Assembly: GCA_963787325.1 (NCBI GenBank)
Contig: CAWBCK010000002.1
Span: 108,647 to 172,646 of the forward strand
DNA length: 64,000 bases
Direction of reading: 5' to 3'
Source: an uncultured Planctomycetota bacterium
GTDB lineage: Bacteria > Planctomycetota > Phycisphaerae > UBA1845 > JANYLN01
Both the position numbers and the translations under genes were made by a program. Below are positions 9,347 through 21,014 of this stretch, one piece after another. The notes under the pieces are model-generated. The model did no database searches. It saw only the letters and a list, made by a program, of their open reading frames with translations, and was not told the DNA's origin. The first letter of the stretch is position 1. Every line of letters starts with the position of its first letter.

Positions 9347-10415
9347 ATGGATTCCAGGCCGGTTGCTCGGGTCGTGATGGTGCTGCTGGCGGTGGGGGGG
9401 CTTGCTATGGCGGCGGGCTGCGCTGCTGCCCCCAATGCGGCGACGATGGATGCGGCGGTCCTGGAGGCTCGCGGCTTTTTGCGGCAGCAGCTGCTCAGTG
9501 CCGACAACCCGGTCGTCCGGTCGCAGGCCATCGAAGGCATGCAAACCAGTCCCTGGCCCGGGGCAACCCGCTATATCGAACATGCCTTGAACGATCCCTA
9601 TCGCGGTGTGCGATTCGCCGCAGCCATGGCGCTCGGCAAACTGCGCGACCAGGACTCCGGCGACTTGTTGCAGCGCAGCTGAACGACAAGAGTCCGGCTG
9701 TGCACGGTGCGGCGATCTATGCCTTGCACCGGCTGGGTCGGCCTGCTCCGCTCAAGGATCTGGTGGAACTGCTGCTGTACTCTTCGGATGAGGAGGTGCG
9801 ACGCAACGCTGCCCTGATCTTCTGCGAACTGAGCGACCCTGGTACCAAAGCGGTGCTTAGACGCGCGCTGCGCGATCATGACCTGGCTGTCCGCTGGTAT
9901 GTGTATGAAGCCCTGGCACGGCTGGGGGAGAAAGAGGCGATGGAGAGCCTCCTGCTGTTTGCCCACAGCAGCTATGGCGACGAACGGCTGATCGGCATTC
10001 TCGCCCTGGGGCGCATCGGCAACGGCGAGGCGGTTTCATCCCTGCGCGACATGCTTCGACGCGACAACCCCATGGAGGTCAAACTGGCGGCGATTCGGTC
10101 GCTGGGGCAATTGGGTGCACCGACCAGTGAGGATACCGCGCTGAAGGCGCTGACTTACGTGGCTGAGCCGCCCGGCAAGGGCGTCGCCTTTGAACCGACG
10201 GAGGTTCGGCAGGTTCGCGTCCGGACGATGGCGGCGCTGGCGTTGGCGATGGGGGCCGGCTGGACGCCGTGCCGGCCTTGGTCAAACGCATGGAACGTGA
10301 CGACCCGCGGGTCGGCGTGGCGGCTGCGGCGGCGATTCTTCGGATTGCCAGCCGGACAGGTTCGGCGAGGACGGGGACAGACGGCGGTCAGTGGCCGGTG
10401 GCTGGTGCCCGGTGA
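9347..10415 (+). CDS. HEAT-repeat lipoprotein; frameshifts near 9675 and 10255
   Basis: Lipobox LAMAAGC. HEAT-like repeats follow (NPVVRSQAIEGM, DPYRGVRFAAAMALGKL, KSPAVHGAAIYALHRLG, DEEVRRNAALIF, AVRWYVYEALARLG, EVKLAAIRSLGQLG). The last piece, GRLDAVPALVKRMERDDPRVGVAAAAAILRIA...*, was translated by me in the third frame and ends at TGA 10413-10415. Confidence 0.65.
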
Positions 10416-10542
10416 TCCGACATCCATCGGCAGGTTGGCAGGTCCCGTGGGATGATTCAGCCGTCGGACTGAGCGACTGTGGAAACGACGACAGAGGATT
10501 GGGAGCCGGAATCCCCGGCACTGAAGTGCTGGGCACCGTCAA

Positions 10543-10565
10543 TCGTCCCTGACGGGACGAACAAA
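10543..10565. repeat. REP-like palindromic element, tcgtccc-tgac-gggacga + acaaa
   Basis: 7-bp stem with a 4-nt loop, intergenic. Related copies lie at 23055, 28141, 28228 and 29972 (inverted). Confidence 0.55.
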
Positions 10566-10676
10566 TGCGTGGCAGAGAAACTGCCCGTGGCCCCCTCGAG
10601 ACAGAGGTTTTGGAATCGCTACCCGGCTCTAGCGACCAACTGACGGCTCGGCGGGGGCTTACAACGGACCGATGAC

Positions 10677-11189
10677 GTGCGCTGGATAGGCCTGGCGATT
10701 ATTGCTCTGATCCTGGCGGTGGCGCAGATCTTTGTGCGATCGTGGATGGAGGTCCACGCCGCGGTGCCTTCGCTTCTGTTTATCGCGGCGATCCGGTACG
10801 GCTTTGGTTCGCCGGTCGTTGAGGCGGGGATCGCCGGCTGGGTGCTCGGCATGGTGGCGGATATCACCAGTGCCAATCCGATCGGACCACAGGCGATTGG
10901 ATTCGCCTTGTCGGCGATGGCGGCTCAACGGATGCGCAGCGTCGTGATGGTCGACAATCCCATCGCCCAGTTGCTGATCGTCTCGCTGCTGGGCTGGCTG
11001 ACCTTCAGCGGCATCAGCATCTACGAGCACCTGGCTGACCTGGGCCTGCACGGCTGGTCGCTGGCGGAATGCCTTCGCTGGGCAGGTTGGACGGCTGGCT
11101 ATACCGCATTGCTAACCCCCTACCTTTTCTGGATACTGGACCGCATGTGGCCGGCCCTGGGCCTGCGCGTCGAGAGCAAACGGCGATAA
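10677..11189 (+). CDS. mreD: rod shape-determining protein MreD (putative)
   Basis: 170-aa polytopic membrane protein immediately upstream of mrdA-rodA. Size and TM pattern fit MreD. GTG start. mreB and mreC are not adjacent. Confidence 0.6.
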   Translation: MRWIGLAIIALILAVAQIFVRSWMEVHAAVPSLLFIAAIRYGFGSPVVEAGIAGWVLGMVADITSANPIGPQAIGFALSAMAAQRMRSVVMVDNPIAQLLIVSLLGWLTFSGISIYEHLADLGLHGWSLAECLRWAGWTAGYTALLTPYLFWILDRMWPALGLRVESKRR

Positions 11190-11312
11190 CATCCGTTGCA
11201 TATCTTCGGTTAGATGCGCACCTGGGCGCATGGCTGCATCCAGCCGGCGCGGGTATGGCTGGTGCCGATTGCAGGACGCTCTGATGTTGGGATATGGATA
11301 TCCGACGTAGCC

Positions 11313-13504
11313 ATGTACGATGATTTCGCCAGACACCGTCAGGCCTCGCGGCGCAGGACCCAGGTCCTGATGCTGGGCTTTGCGCTGATGGCGATCTTCG
11401 CGCTGGTCCGGCTCGGGTATTTGCAGATGCTGCATGCCGCGGACTATCGCGACCAGATTGAGGACTGGCTGAAGCTGCCGGCGGAATACCCGCCGTCGCT
11501 GCGCGGCAGCATCCTGGATCGCAACGGCACTGTCCTTGCCCAGGACGCGCCCAGCTGGCAGATCGAGGTGTATTACAAGGCGATCGACGGCGGGGCGGGC
11601 ATCGACGGCGGCACGCCATATGTTACGCATCTGGCGGTGCGCCGAATCCGCGGAACGACGCATTCGAAAGGTTCTCGCCAGGCGGCGCTGCAGGCCGCCG
11701 AGGAATCCGTCCACCAGGAGATCACTTCGAGCTTCCAGAAACTTGCGGAGATCACGGGCACGCCCGTCTGGCAGGTGCTCGACAATGCCGAACAGATCGT
11801 CGAACGCGTCCGCACGATTCACCAGCATGTCGCCAGGAGGATGGGCTTTGAGGCTGGTTCGCGCGAGCAGCGCGAATTTGAGGTGGGCGAGCAGCAGGAG
11901 TTTCATCCGCTGTTGACTGACGTGCCTGTTGAGCTCGCCCATCGCGTTATCGCCGAGCTTCCGGAGACACGCTACCCGTGGCTGCGCGTCCGCGCCAGTG
12001 CCAGCCGGTGGTATCTCGATGAGCCTTCACTTGTTCCGTTGCTCGGCCGGCTGCGGCAGGTCTCGCCGCAGGATCTGGAGAACGATCCCAACAGTGACGA
12101 CGAGCTGCTGAAACTCAAACCGGGTCAGAAGATCGGCGCCAGCGGCATCGAGTATCTGGCGGAAGACCACCTTCGAGGACGGCGCGGCATGATCGTGCGC
12201 AACCGTGCCAAGCCCGACGTTCTCATCGACCCTGTCTGGGGAAAAGATGTCCGCCTGACGATCGATGCGGATCTGCAGGAATGGATCTACGGGCGGCTAA
12301 TGCGTGCGGTGCACGACTGTCCGACGGCCAGCGCAGCGGCCGCAGTCGTCCTGGACGTCGATACCCGCGAAGCGTTGGCGGTGGTCAGCTATCCGGGCTA
12401 TACGCTGGAGCAGCGCTCGCAGCACTATGACAAGCTTCTGGCGGATCGCATCGGCATGCCGCTGCTGCAGCGAGCGATCCGGGGGCTGTACCAGCCGGGT
12501 TCGATCGTCAAACCGATTACCGTTCTGGCGGGACTCAACAGCGGCGTCGTCGGTCCCGGCGAGACGATCAACTGCACGGGGTATCTGCTCCCCGGCGTCA
12601 ATCGCTGGCGCTGCTGGACGGCGTCACGCCCCGGCATGGGGGGGCATGGCCCGCTCGATGCCGTCGGCGCGCTGGAGCACAGCTGCAACGTCTATTGCGA
12701 GACGGTCGGCCAGCGGCTCGGGGTGCCGCGGCTGACCGACTGGATGCTCAAGTGTGGTCTGGGCACTCACACCGGTACCGGGCTGCAAGAAGAACCCAAC
12801 GGCCTGGTGCCGACGGTCGAATGGCTCGGCAGGAACGGCCGGAGACCGACGGTCGGCGATGCCCGCAACTACTCGATCGGCGAGGCGGACGTGCTGGTGA
12901 CGCCGCTGCAGGCCGCGAATCTCTGCGCGACCATCGCCACTGGCCGGTGGCAGCCGGTGACGCTGCTCCGGCGGCAAGGTGCTGCGGCAGATGAGGCCCG
13001 ACGGCTGCCGAGCGCGCGGCATATCTGCGCCTGGTGCGAGAAGGGATGGACAAGGTCGTCAACGATCCCTACGGCACGGCCTACCGCTATGCCCACAGCG
13101 ATATCGTGCGAATCGCCGGCAAGACCGGCACGGCGGAGACAAGCCCGCGTCGCATCGCCGTCGGCTATGACCTGAAGATGCGGGACGGCACGACCAGGGC
13201 CATGGAGTTCGGCAGCGTTCGCCAGGCGAAGGAGGCCTTTGCGAAGATGGGCGACTCGCTCGCTGAGGCCCGCAGGACATACCAGAAGGTCTGGCCCGAG
13301 CTGCCCGCCAACAAGGGCAAGCCGACCCACGCCTGGTTTATGGGCTTTGCGCCAGTGGGTAATCCCAAGATCGCCCTCGCGGTGCTGGTCGAGTATGGCG
13401 ACGGCGGCGCCAAGACGGCCGGCCCCGTTGCCCATGATATCTTCGAGGCTTACTTCGGCGGCGACAGCAGAAAGGCGAGCAAGGAGTACGCAGCGCAAGG
13501 ATAG
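11313..13504 (+). CDS. mrdA: penicillin-binding protein 2 (peptidoglycan D,D-transpeptidase); frameshift near 13020
   Basis: N-terminal TM ([15 protein letters not shown]), SxxK (GSIVKP), SxN (HSCNVY), KTG (GKTGTAE), HAWFMGFAP. The ATG at 11313 was chosen inside ORF 11214-13175. The C-terminal part is ORF 13034-13504. Confidence 0.85.
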
Positions 13505-13532
13505 CAGACGCTCTGCATGACGGATCGTATTT

Positions 13533-14850
13533 ATGACTGACATCGCTACAAGATCGCAAAGTCCGCTGGTCCGTTTCCTTCGGGGGGCACTTCGCCCGCT
13601 GGGAGGCGCGGCGGAACGCGCCAGCGGCGCGGACCTGAACATCGTGGCTGTGACCGCCGCCACGGTGCTGCTGTGCGGCGTGGGGATGTCAGCCATCTAC
13701 ATGGCCGAGTGGGCAAGTGCCGAGGCGACATCGTTCGCCCGGACCCAGGGGACATACGTGATTGCCGCCCTGGCGGCAATGATCGTCATGTCGATGGTCG
13801 ATTACCGGCGATGGGGAGACATCGCGTATCCGGCGTTTCTTGTAACGCTGGTGCTGCTGGCACTGCTGATCGTGGCGAGAAAGCTGCACATCGTGCCGTG
13901 GCTCATTCCTGAGATCCGGCATACCTATCGCTGGATCCAGATCGGGCCGCTGCCGCGTCTCCAGCCCAGCGAGTTCGCCAAGGTTACGTACATCTGCGCG
14001 CTGGCGTGGTATCTGCGGTATCGCACGAACTATCGCACGCTGGCGGGACTGACCATCCCGCTGGCGATGTCGCTGGTGCCGATGGTGCTGATCCTGCTGG
14101 AGCCGGATCTGGGGACGGTGTTGCTGCTGCTGCCGGTCTGCTTTTCGTTGCTGTACGTTGCGGGGGCTCGAAGGCGACACCTGATCAGCCTGGCGCTGAT
14201 CTGCATCGTCGGTTCGCCGCTGTTGTACCGGGCCATGCACGACTACCAGCGGATGCGCGTGCTCGGGCCGATGCTGCAGAGCGATTCGATCCGTAACAGC
14301 ATCCTCGCCCATCCGGGCATGCTGAAGATCCTGCAGGTCAGCAAGACCCAGGTCAGTCGGTGGAACAGCGCCCAGGGCTATCAGACTCGATCACAGCAAG
14401 GTTGCGCTGGCCACAGGTGGTTGGGCCGGCGCCCACGACCCCGACGTCGACTGCCTCCGCTATGATTTCCTTCCCGACCGCCATAACGACTTTATCTTCG
14501 CCGTGATCGGCCATAAGTGGGGCTGGGTCGGGTGCCTGATGGTGATCGGCTGTTACGGCATCATCCTGGTGGGCGGCTGCCATATTTCGACGGCTACGAA
14601 CGAGCCGTTCGGCCGCCTGCTGGCGGTGGGGATCGTGGTGCTGATCGCGACGCAGGCGACTGTCAATATCGGCATGGCGATCGGCCTGCTGCCGGTTACA
14701 GGGATGACGCTGCCGTTCGTCAGTTACGGGGGCAGCAGTCTGCTGGCCAACGGTGCGCTGATCGGCATTTTGCTGAACATCGGTCTGCAGAAGACCATCA
14801 TGCTGGCACCCGAGCCGTTTATCTTTGAGAAGCCGGGGGAGCGGGCGTAA
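13533..14850 (+). CDS. rodA: SEDS-family peptidoglycan glycosyltransferase RodA; frameshift near 14393
   Basis: LQPSEFAKV, LLEPDLGT, and RHNDFIFAVIGHKWGW (recovered by shifting frame; the ORF track piece begins at MIGHKWGW), plus LPVTGMTLPFVSYGGSSLL. It directly follows mrdA. Confidence 0.85.
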
Positions 14851-15034
14851 GTCTCGGTGCAGTCTCAAGAAACGGGGGCGCGGGGCGGGTCTGTTCATTT
14901 GTTTTCAATGTTTCTGAAAATCATGGATGGGGTCGTGAGAATGCCCCGCTATCGCAATAATCAAATGATACTTCTGTATGCTGGATATTGATAACCGGGG
15001 GCGTCTTTCAGGTAACCCGAGGAACCGGCACCGA

Positions 15035-16003
15035 ATGTCGACAATCGCACAACTGTACGATCCGATTGCCGTGCATCTTAAGCAAGTAGAGGCGGTTTTT
15101 GAGAAGGCACTGCACAGCGATCTGCCTTGCGTGCAGGATCTGGCTGCCTATGTCAGCCGGCTGCGCGGCAAGATGCTGCGGCCCGCGCTGCTTGCGACGA
15201 CGGCCCGCGCCTGCGGCCGGCTGACCGACGAGCATTACGCGCTGGCGGCGGTCGTCGAGATGCTGCACATGGCGGCGCTCGTGCATGACGATGTCCTGGA
15301 CGAGGCGGACGTCCGTCGCAAGGCTGTCACCATCAACCGCATGAACGGTAATGAGACGGCGGTGATGCTGGGGGACTTCCTCTTCAGCCGGGCGTACTGG
15401 CTGTGCAGCAGTCTGCCCCGGCAGGCCGCTACGGTTATCGTTTCAAAGGCGGCCGCCGATGTGTGCCAGGGCGAGCTGCTTCAGCTGCACAATCGCGGCA
15501 ACTACGACCTGGACGAAGAGACTTATTATAAGATCATCGATAACAAGACGGCTGCGCTCACGGCGGTTGCCTGCCAGCTCGGCGCGCTATACGCAGATGC
15601 CGATGCGGCCGTCGTCGAGAACATGCAGCGTTTCGGCCTCTTGGTCGGCCTTACTTTTCAGATCGTCGATGACATCCTTGATGTCGTCGGGCGTGAGGAG
15701 CAGACCGGCAAGACCCTCGGCAGCGATGTCAGGCTCGGCAAGCTCACCTTGCCGATGATCCATTTGCTACAGCAGGCCAGCAACGGCGACCGCGAAGGAT
15801 TGCTGGCCGCACTGAAGGGCGGGACGATGGACCGCGGCACGCTGGCGGCCGTATTGCAGCAGCACGGCAGTCTCGATTATGCCCGACAGAGAGCGCGGCA
15901 GCATGTGGCTGAAGCGGTCGAGTGTCTCGGCTGCCTGGGTGACAGTCCTGCTCGCGGGGAGCTTGAGACGATGGCCCGGTTTATTATCGACCGGGAGTTC
16001 TGA
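15035..16003 (+). CDS. long-chain polyprenyl diphosphate synthase (IspB/HepT-like)
   Basis: First and second aspartate-rich motifs LVHDDVLDEAD and FQIVDDILD. Internal ATG at 15035 (MSTIAQLYDP) in ORF 14978-16003. Confidence 0.85.
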   Translation: MSTIAQLYDPIAVHLKQVEAVFEKALHSDLPCVQDLAAYVSRLRGKMLRPALLATTARACGRLTDEHYALAAVVEMLHMAALVHDDVLDEADVRRKAVTINRMNGNETAVMLGDFLFSRAYWLCSSLPRQAATVIVSKAAADVCQGELLQLHNRGNYDLDEETYYKIIDNKTAALTAVACQLGALYADADAAVVENMQRFGLLVGLTFQIVDDILDVVGREEQTGKTLGSDVRLGKLTLPMIHLLQQASNGDREGLLAALKGGTMDRGTLAAVLQQHGSLDYARQRARQHVAEAVECLGCLGDSPARGELETMARFIIDREF

Positions 16004-16022
16004 TCTCTCCCTGCATTCGCTC

Positions 16023-17467
16023 TTACCTTGCCTTGCTAACGAAATCTAATACGGGTTTGGGGGACTGGCCGGCGATCAGACGCTGGCCGTCTGTATAACC
16101 TTCCTCCCGGCCGGTCAGTTCCTCGATCAGCCACTGTCGATAGCGTTTGATCGGCTTCTGCACTTCGGCGTCGGCGATCAGGTCGCGCATCTCCTGCGGA
16201 TCGCTGGCCAGGTCGAAGAACTGCTCCCTGCCGGTCCAGCTGAACCAGACGTATTTGTACCTGCCGTCGGTGATCCAGTGATTCGACTGTTTGCCGGAGG
16301 CGTGCTCACCGTGGACATACTCTCGCCACTGCACGGTTTCGCCCCGAGTCAGCGGCATAAGGCTCTGGCCGTCCACGGTGTCAGGAACTGCCACACCGCA
16401 GGCGTCCAGGATCGTCGGCATGACATCGCGGAGCTCGGTGACGGAATCGACCACGCTGCCGCGGTTGCACTGCCAGTCACCCGGCGGTGCGACGATCAGC
16501 GGAATGCGCGCCGAGCCGTCGTACGGCAGCGCCTTGCGGAAGAGGTTGTGGTCGCCCAGCATCTCCCCGTGGTCCGACGTGAAGACGAACAAGGTATTCT
16601 TGAAGGCCTCATGCTCGATCAGATATTCATACAGCCGGCCGATCTGATGATCGATGTGCGTTATCTGCGCATAGTACGCCGCCCTCGCGCAATGCAGCTG
16701 GCGCTGGCCCATAAAGCCCATGCCGGCAAAGCCGTCCACGGATGTCATGCGAGCCCGCTGGTCCGCCCAGTCGCCCATCGGCACCGGCGGAAACTCCTGG
16801 TTGATGTACTGATCGAAGTAGACCTGGGGCGGATCGAGCGGCGGATGCGGCCGAACATATGACAGGAACAGGAAGAACGGCTTCGTCGTGTCGCGCCGCG
16901 CAGGAAATCGATCGCCATCGTGGTTGCCCAGGTCGTCGGGTGGACATCCTCGCTGTAGTGCCACGGCCTGGCGACCCAGGAATTGGCGTTCATGCCGTGC
17001 AGGATCATGTCGGCATCCGAGCCGATCTTCGACCGCAGCCACGGCGTGTAATCGTCGACGAGGGCGTAGTTGTGCGCCGCCTTGTGCTCGAAGTGGAGAT
17101 AGCCGTCGTGCAGAACGACGTTGTGGAAGCCCATGAGGTTGCGAGCCGGGTAGACGTGCATCTTGCCGACCGCCTGGGTGTGATAGCCCGCAGCCGCCAT
17201 CTCGCCTGCCAGCGTATGTTCGTAGTTCCACGGCACGCCGTCCTTGTAGCCGACCCGCCCGTGATTCCGCTGGCACATTCCGGTAAGCAGGCCGGCTCTG
17301 GCCGCGATGCACGACGGTGTGGCGGTATAGGCCTGGCTGAAGCGCACGCCCTGCTGGGCCAGCTGATCGAGGTGCGGCGTCTCTACGACAGGATGGCCAT
17401 AGCAGCCCAGGGCATCGCCGCGCAGCTGGTCGCACATGATGAAGACAACATTCGGCCGGTCAGGCAT
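16023..17467 (-). CDS. sulfatase (formylglycine-dependent family), copy A; frameshift near 16897; no signal peptide
   Basis: MPDRPNVVFIMCDQLRGD, TPSCIAARAGLLTG (C-x-A-x-R variant), FTSDHGEMLGDH. AAGGAG lies upstream of the ATG at 17467. The N-terminal part is in ORF 16745-17596 and the C-terminal part in ORF 16023-17435. Confidence 0.8.
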
Positions 17468-17634
17468 CGCACATCTCCTTGCGAACGGCAGGTTTTTGGG
17501 ATCCACGATAGGGTAGTGTAACACCGGCGACCAGCGGCGAAAGGGGCCAAGCCGCTTTAGGTCGGATTGCGGATCAGGCGGCCACCGCCCGGGCAATTGC
17601 CCGTGTATACGGTGCCCCCACAGGGTTTGGACCC

Positions 17635-19079
17635 CTACTGTGCGTTGCCGGCGAACGCCAGCATGGGCTTGGCTTGCCGGCCGGCGATCAGACGCTGGCC
17701 GTCCGTGTAACCTTCCTCCCGGCCGGTCAGTTCCTCGATCAGCCGCTGCCGGTAGCGTTCGATCGGCTTCTGCACTTCGGCATCGGCGATCAGGTCGCGC
17801 ATCTCCTGCGGATCGTTGACCAGGTCGAAGAACTGCTCCCTGCCGGTCCAGCTGAACCAGACGTACTTGTATTTACCGTCGGTAATCCAGTGATTGGAGA
17901 GTTGGCCGTAGGCATGCTCACCGTGCAGGTACTCTCGCCACTGCACGGTTTCGCCCCGAGTCAGCGGCATAAGGCTCTGGCCGTCCACGGTGTCAGGAAC
18001 TGCCACACCGCAGGCGTCCAGGATCGTCGGCATGACATCGCGGAGCTCGGTGACGGAATCGACCACGCTGCCGCGGTTGCACTGCCAGTCACCCGGCGGT
18101 GCGACGATCAGCGGAATGCGCGCCGAGCCGTCGTACGGCAGCGCCTTGCGGAAGAGGTTGTGGTCGCCCAGCATCTCCCCGTGGTCCGACGTGAAGACGA
18201 ACAAGGTATTCTTGAAGGCCTCATGCTCGATCAGATATTCATACAGCCGGCCGATCTGATGATCGATGTGCGTTATCTGCGCATAGTACGCCGCCCTCGC
18301 GCAATGCAGCTGGCGCTGGCCCATAAAGCCCATGCCGGCAAAGCCGTCCACGGATGTCATGCGAGCCCGCTGGTCCGCCCAGTCGCCCATCGGCACCGGC
18401 GGAAACTCCTGGTTGATGTACTGATCGAAGTAGACCTGGGGCGGATCGAGCGGCGGATGCGGCCGAACATATGACAGGAACAGGAAGAACGGCTTCGTCG
18501 TGTCGCGCGGCGCAGGAAATCGATCGCCATCGTGGTTGCCCAGGTCGTCGGGTGGACATCCTCGCTGTAGTGCCACGGCCTGGCGACCCAGGAATTGGCG
18601 TTCATGCCGTGCAGGATCATGTCGGCATCCGAGCCGATCTTCGACCGCAGCCACGGCGTGTAATCGTCGACGAGGGCGTAGTTGTGCGCCGCCTTGTGCT
18701 CGAAGTGGAGATAGCCGTCGTGCAGAACGACGTTGTGGAAGCCCATGAGGTTGCGAGCCGGGTAGACGTGCATCTTGCCGACCGCCTGGGTGTGATAGCC
18801 CGCAGCCGCCATCTCGCCTGCCAGCGTATGTTCGTAGTTCCACGGCACGCCGTCCTTGTAGCCGACCCGCCCGTGATTCCGCTGGCACATGCCGGTAAGC
18901 AGGCCGGCTCTGGCCGGGATGCACGACGGTGTGGCGGTATATGTCCTACTGAAGCGTACGCCCTGATGCGCCAGCTGATCCAGGTGTGGGGTTTCCACTA
19001 CGGGATGGCCATAGCAGCCCAGGGCATCGCCTCGCAGCTGGTCACACATGACAAAGACAACATTCGGCCGGTCAGGCAT
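17635..19079 (-). CDS. sulfatase, copy B; frameshift at the homologous position (near 18509); no signal peptide
   Basis: MPDRPNVVFVMCDQLRGD, TPSCIPARAGLLTG (canonical C-x-P-x-R), FTSDHGEMLGDH. The pieces are ORFs 18357-19325 and 17635-18924. Confidence 0.8.
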
Positions 19080-19216
19080 CGCACGTCTCCTCGCGGACAC
19101 CAGGTTTTCGGGATCCACGACAAGATAGTGTAACACCAGCCGTCGGTCAGAAAAGGCGCCGCATCGCGTCACGCCGGATAGCAAATCGCAGGTAAGGGCC
19201 TTCTGAACGCGCAACT

Positions 19217-20848
19217 TCAGGACTTTGCGCTGGCTGGCAATCTTCCGGTAACCCCCATCAGGCAAAGCTCCGGGGATTTTGCTTTCGTCGAGGGGGAATG
19301 TGTTGTATCGGGCCGCTGCACCCACATTGGCGGATCGCGTACATACTCGATCTTCTGCTCATACTGCTGGGGAAACAGGATCGGCCAGTAGAACCATGCC
19401 GCCACCACCGCCAGGACCAGCGTGGCGCCGACCAGCGTGGCTTTGACCCGGCTGACGGTCCGCTCGAAACGTCGCAACGTCTGCGGATGGAACGCCGCCT
19501 GGCGGACAAACTCCTGCCGCGATGCGATCGAACTGTGCCGCCACGACCGGCTGAATTTGCTGATGCCGTTCAGGGCCGCGACCGCTTCCAGTGCCGAGGA
19601 GAATACCTGCGCTCCGGTCGTGCACATCCGTTCGCCGCCAGCCGGCTCGGGTGGAATGTTGTGCCGCCAGCACGGCAGCAGGCACTGCTCGATCGTGCCG
19701 TCCAGACAGCGCACCCCGTGCAGGTCGGCCTGACGCTCGAATCGCCGGCTGATCCATCCGAAGATCGCCAGCCAGATGAACGCCACCATGCCCGCCACGG
19801 CAAACTGGACCGAATCTGTTCCCATGCGCATCTGCCGCGTCAGGTATTCTGCCGCCAGACTCACCGCCATCATGCTGCCGATCGCGAAGACCATGTAATA
19901 GGCGATATGATGCTCTTTCACGTGCCCGGCCTCGTGGCCGAATACCGCTTCGACCTGCTTCTGGCTCAGATGGTCCAGCAGGCCGTCCGATAGCAATACG
20001 TAGCGGATGTGCGGCAATATGCCCATTACCGCCGCGTTGACCATTGCCCCGTGGCTTCGCCAGATCAGGATATCGCGGTATTTCATGCCAATGCGCCGGC
20101 ACGTCGCTTCCAACTGTGAGCGCAGCGGCGACGCCGGCAACTTCTCCGTCCGCCAGACGAACATCAGCATGACCGGCGACAGCACGAAGATCGCCGCGGC
20201 TGTGATCGCCAGCGTGGCCTCCGGTGCCCACATTACCTGCGTCCATTCAATCAGGCGGCTTCGGTAATCGCTGGCCAGATCCACGGCGATGATGAAAAGT
20301 CCCATCGGCACCAGCACCGTCAGGATCTGGTAGCGGACCTGGAAATCAAGGTATTGCCCCAGTCCCCAGATCGGCTCGCCCGTCAGCTCCTCCGGCAGGC
20401 CGGCGGTGGCGGCCTGGCGCAGCGCCCGGTCGGCTGGATACATGACCAGCCAGCAGAGGATACAGCCGGCCAGCACGGGGGCGATGACGGCCAGCTCGCC
20501 TGCCAGGGGGATCCTCGCCAGATGCAGACCAAAGGGCCGCCATCCTGCGATGACGTACAGCCATCCGGTCTGGGTCGTCAGCAGGGCGAAAGCGGTCAGC
20601 AGGCCGAACCGCATGCCGGTGTGCACCCGACCGAAGAGGGTCGTCGCCCGCGCAAAGCCCCCTGGCCGCTGGAGCCGGCGTACGCACAACCAGCTTGCGA
20701 GGCCCACCAGCACGGGGACGCCGAGCGTCATGATGGCCGCGGCGACCAGTGACGCGGTATGGCTGGTCAGGGGTTTATAGATCGCTCGCTCGGCCAGCAG
20801 GCCCGGCGAAAGCATCGCCGCGAGCAGGATAATCAGGACGATCTGCAT
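19217..20848 (-). CDS. M48-family zinc metallopeptidase, polytopic membrane protein
   Basis: HEAGHVKEHH (HExxH) inside a multi-TM protein. The layout is Ste24/HtpX-like. Confidence 0.75.
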   Translation of the reverse strand: MQIVLIILLAAMLSPGLLAERAIYKPLTSHTASLVAAAIMTLGVPVLVGLASWLCVRRLQRPGGFARATTLFGRVHTGMRFGLLTAFALLTTQTGWLYVIAGWRPFGLHLARIPLAGELAVIAPVLAGCILCWLVMYPADRALRQAATAGLPEELTGEPIWGLGQYLDFQVRYQILTVLVPMGLFIIAVDLASDYRSRLIEWTQVMWAPEATLAITAAAIFVLSPVMLMFVWRTEKLPASPLRSQLEATCRRIGMKYRDILIWRSHGAMVNAAVMGILPHIRYVLLSDGLLDHLSQKQVEAVFGHEAGHVKEHHIAYYMVFAIGSMMAVSLAAEYLTRQMRMGTDSVQFAVAGMVAFIWLAIFGWISRRFERQADLHGVRCLDGTIEQCLLPCWRHNIPPEPAGGERMCTTGAQVFSSALEAVAALNGISKFSRSWRHSSIASRQEFVRQAAFHPQTLRRFERTVSRVKATLVGATLVLAVVAAWFYWPILFPQQYEQKIEYVRDPPMWVQRPDTTHSPSTKAKSPELCLMGVTGRLPASAKS

Positions 20849-21014
20849 GGGATGAGTCTCAAAACTACCTCAGGGGATCCCCATCTTTTGTTGCCACAAC
20901 AACTTTGTCCTGCAATCATGTTGCCGGCAGTACGTTCTACCTCTGTATCCCGGCCGCAGCCATTGTCATGGCTGGACCGGCAAGAGTCTAGCCCCAGGGC
21001 AAGGAGATTCATTC

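Larger units (their letters stand above)
16023..19142. repeat. tandem direct duplication, unit 1612 bp (gene plus leader), with a 961-bp core identical but for 1 nt
   Basis: 16318-17278 aligns to 17930-18890 at a constant offset of 1612 with one mismatch that I found (16897 c vs 18509 g). ORF-track translations of both strands are identical across the core. The flanks are clearly homologous but diverged. Confidence 0.85.

Noticed and set aside
9184-9680. 5' part of the 423-aa ORF 9184-10455, overlapping the lnt end
   Set aside because: The translation is Gly/Arg-rich nonsense and overlaps the lnt 3' end and the GA-rich repeat. The lipoprotein start at 9347 in another frame (lipobox LAMAAGC, HEAT repeats) joins this ORF only after about 9675.
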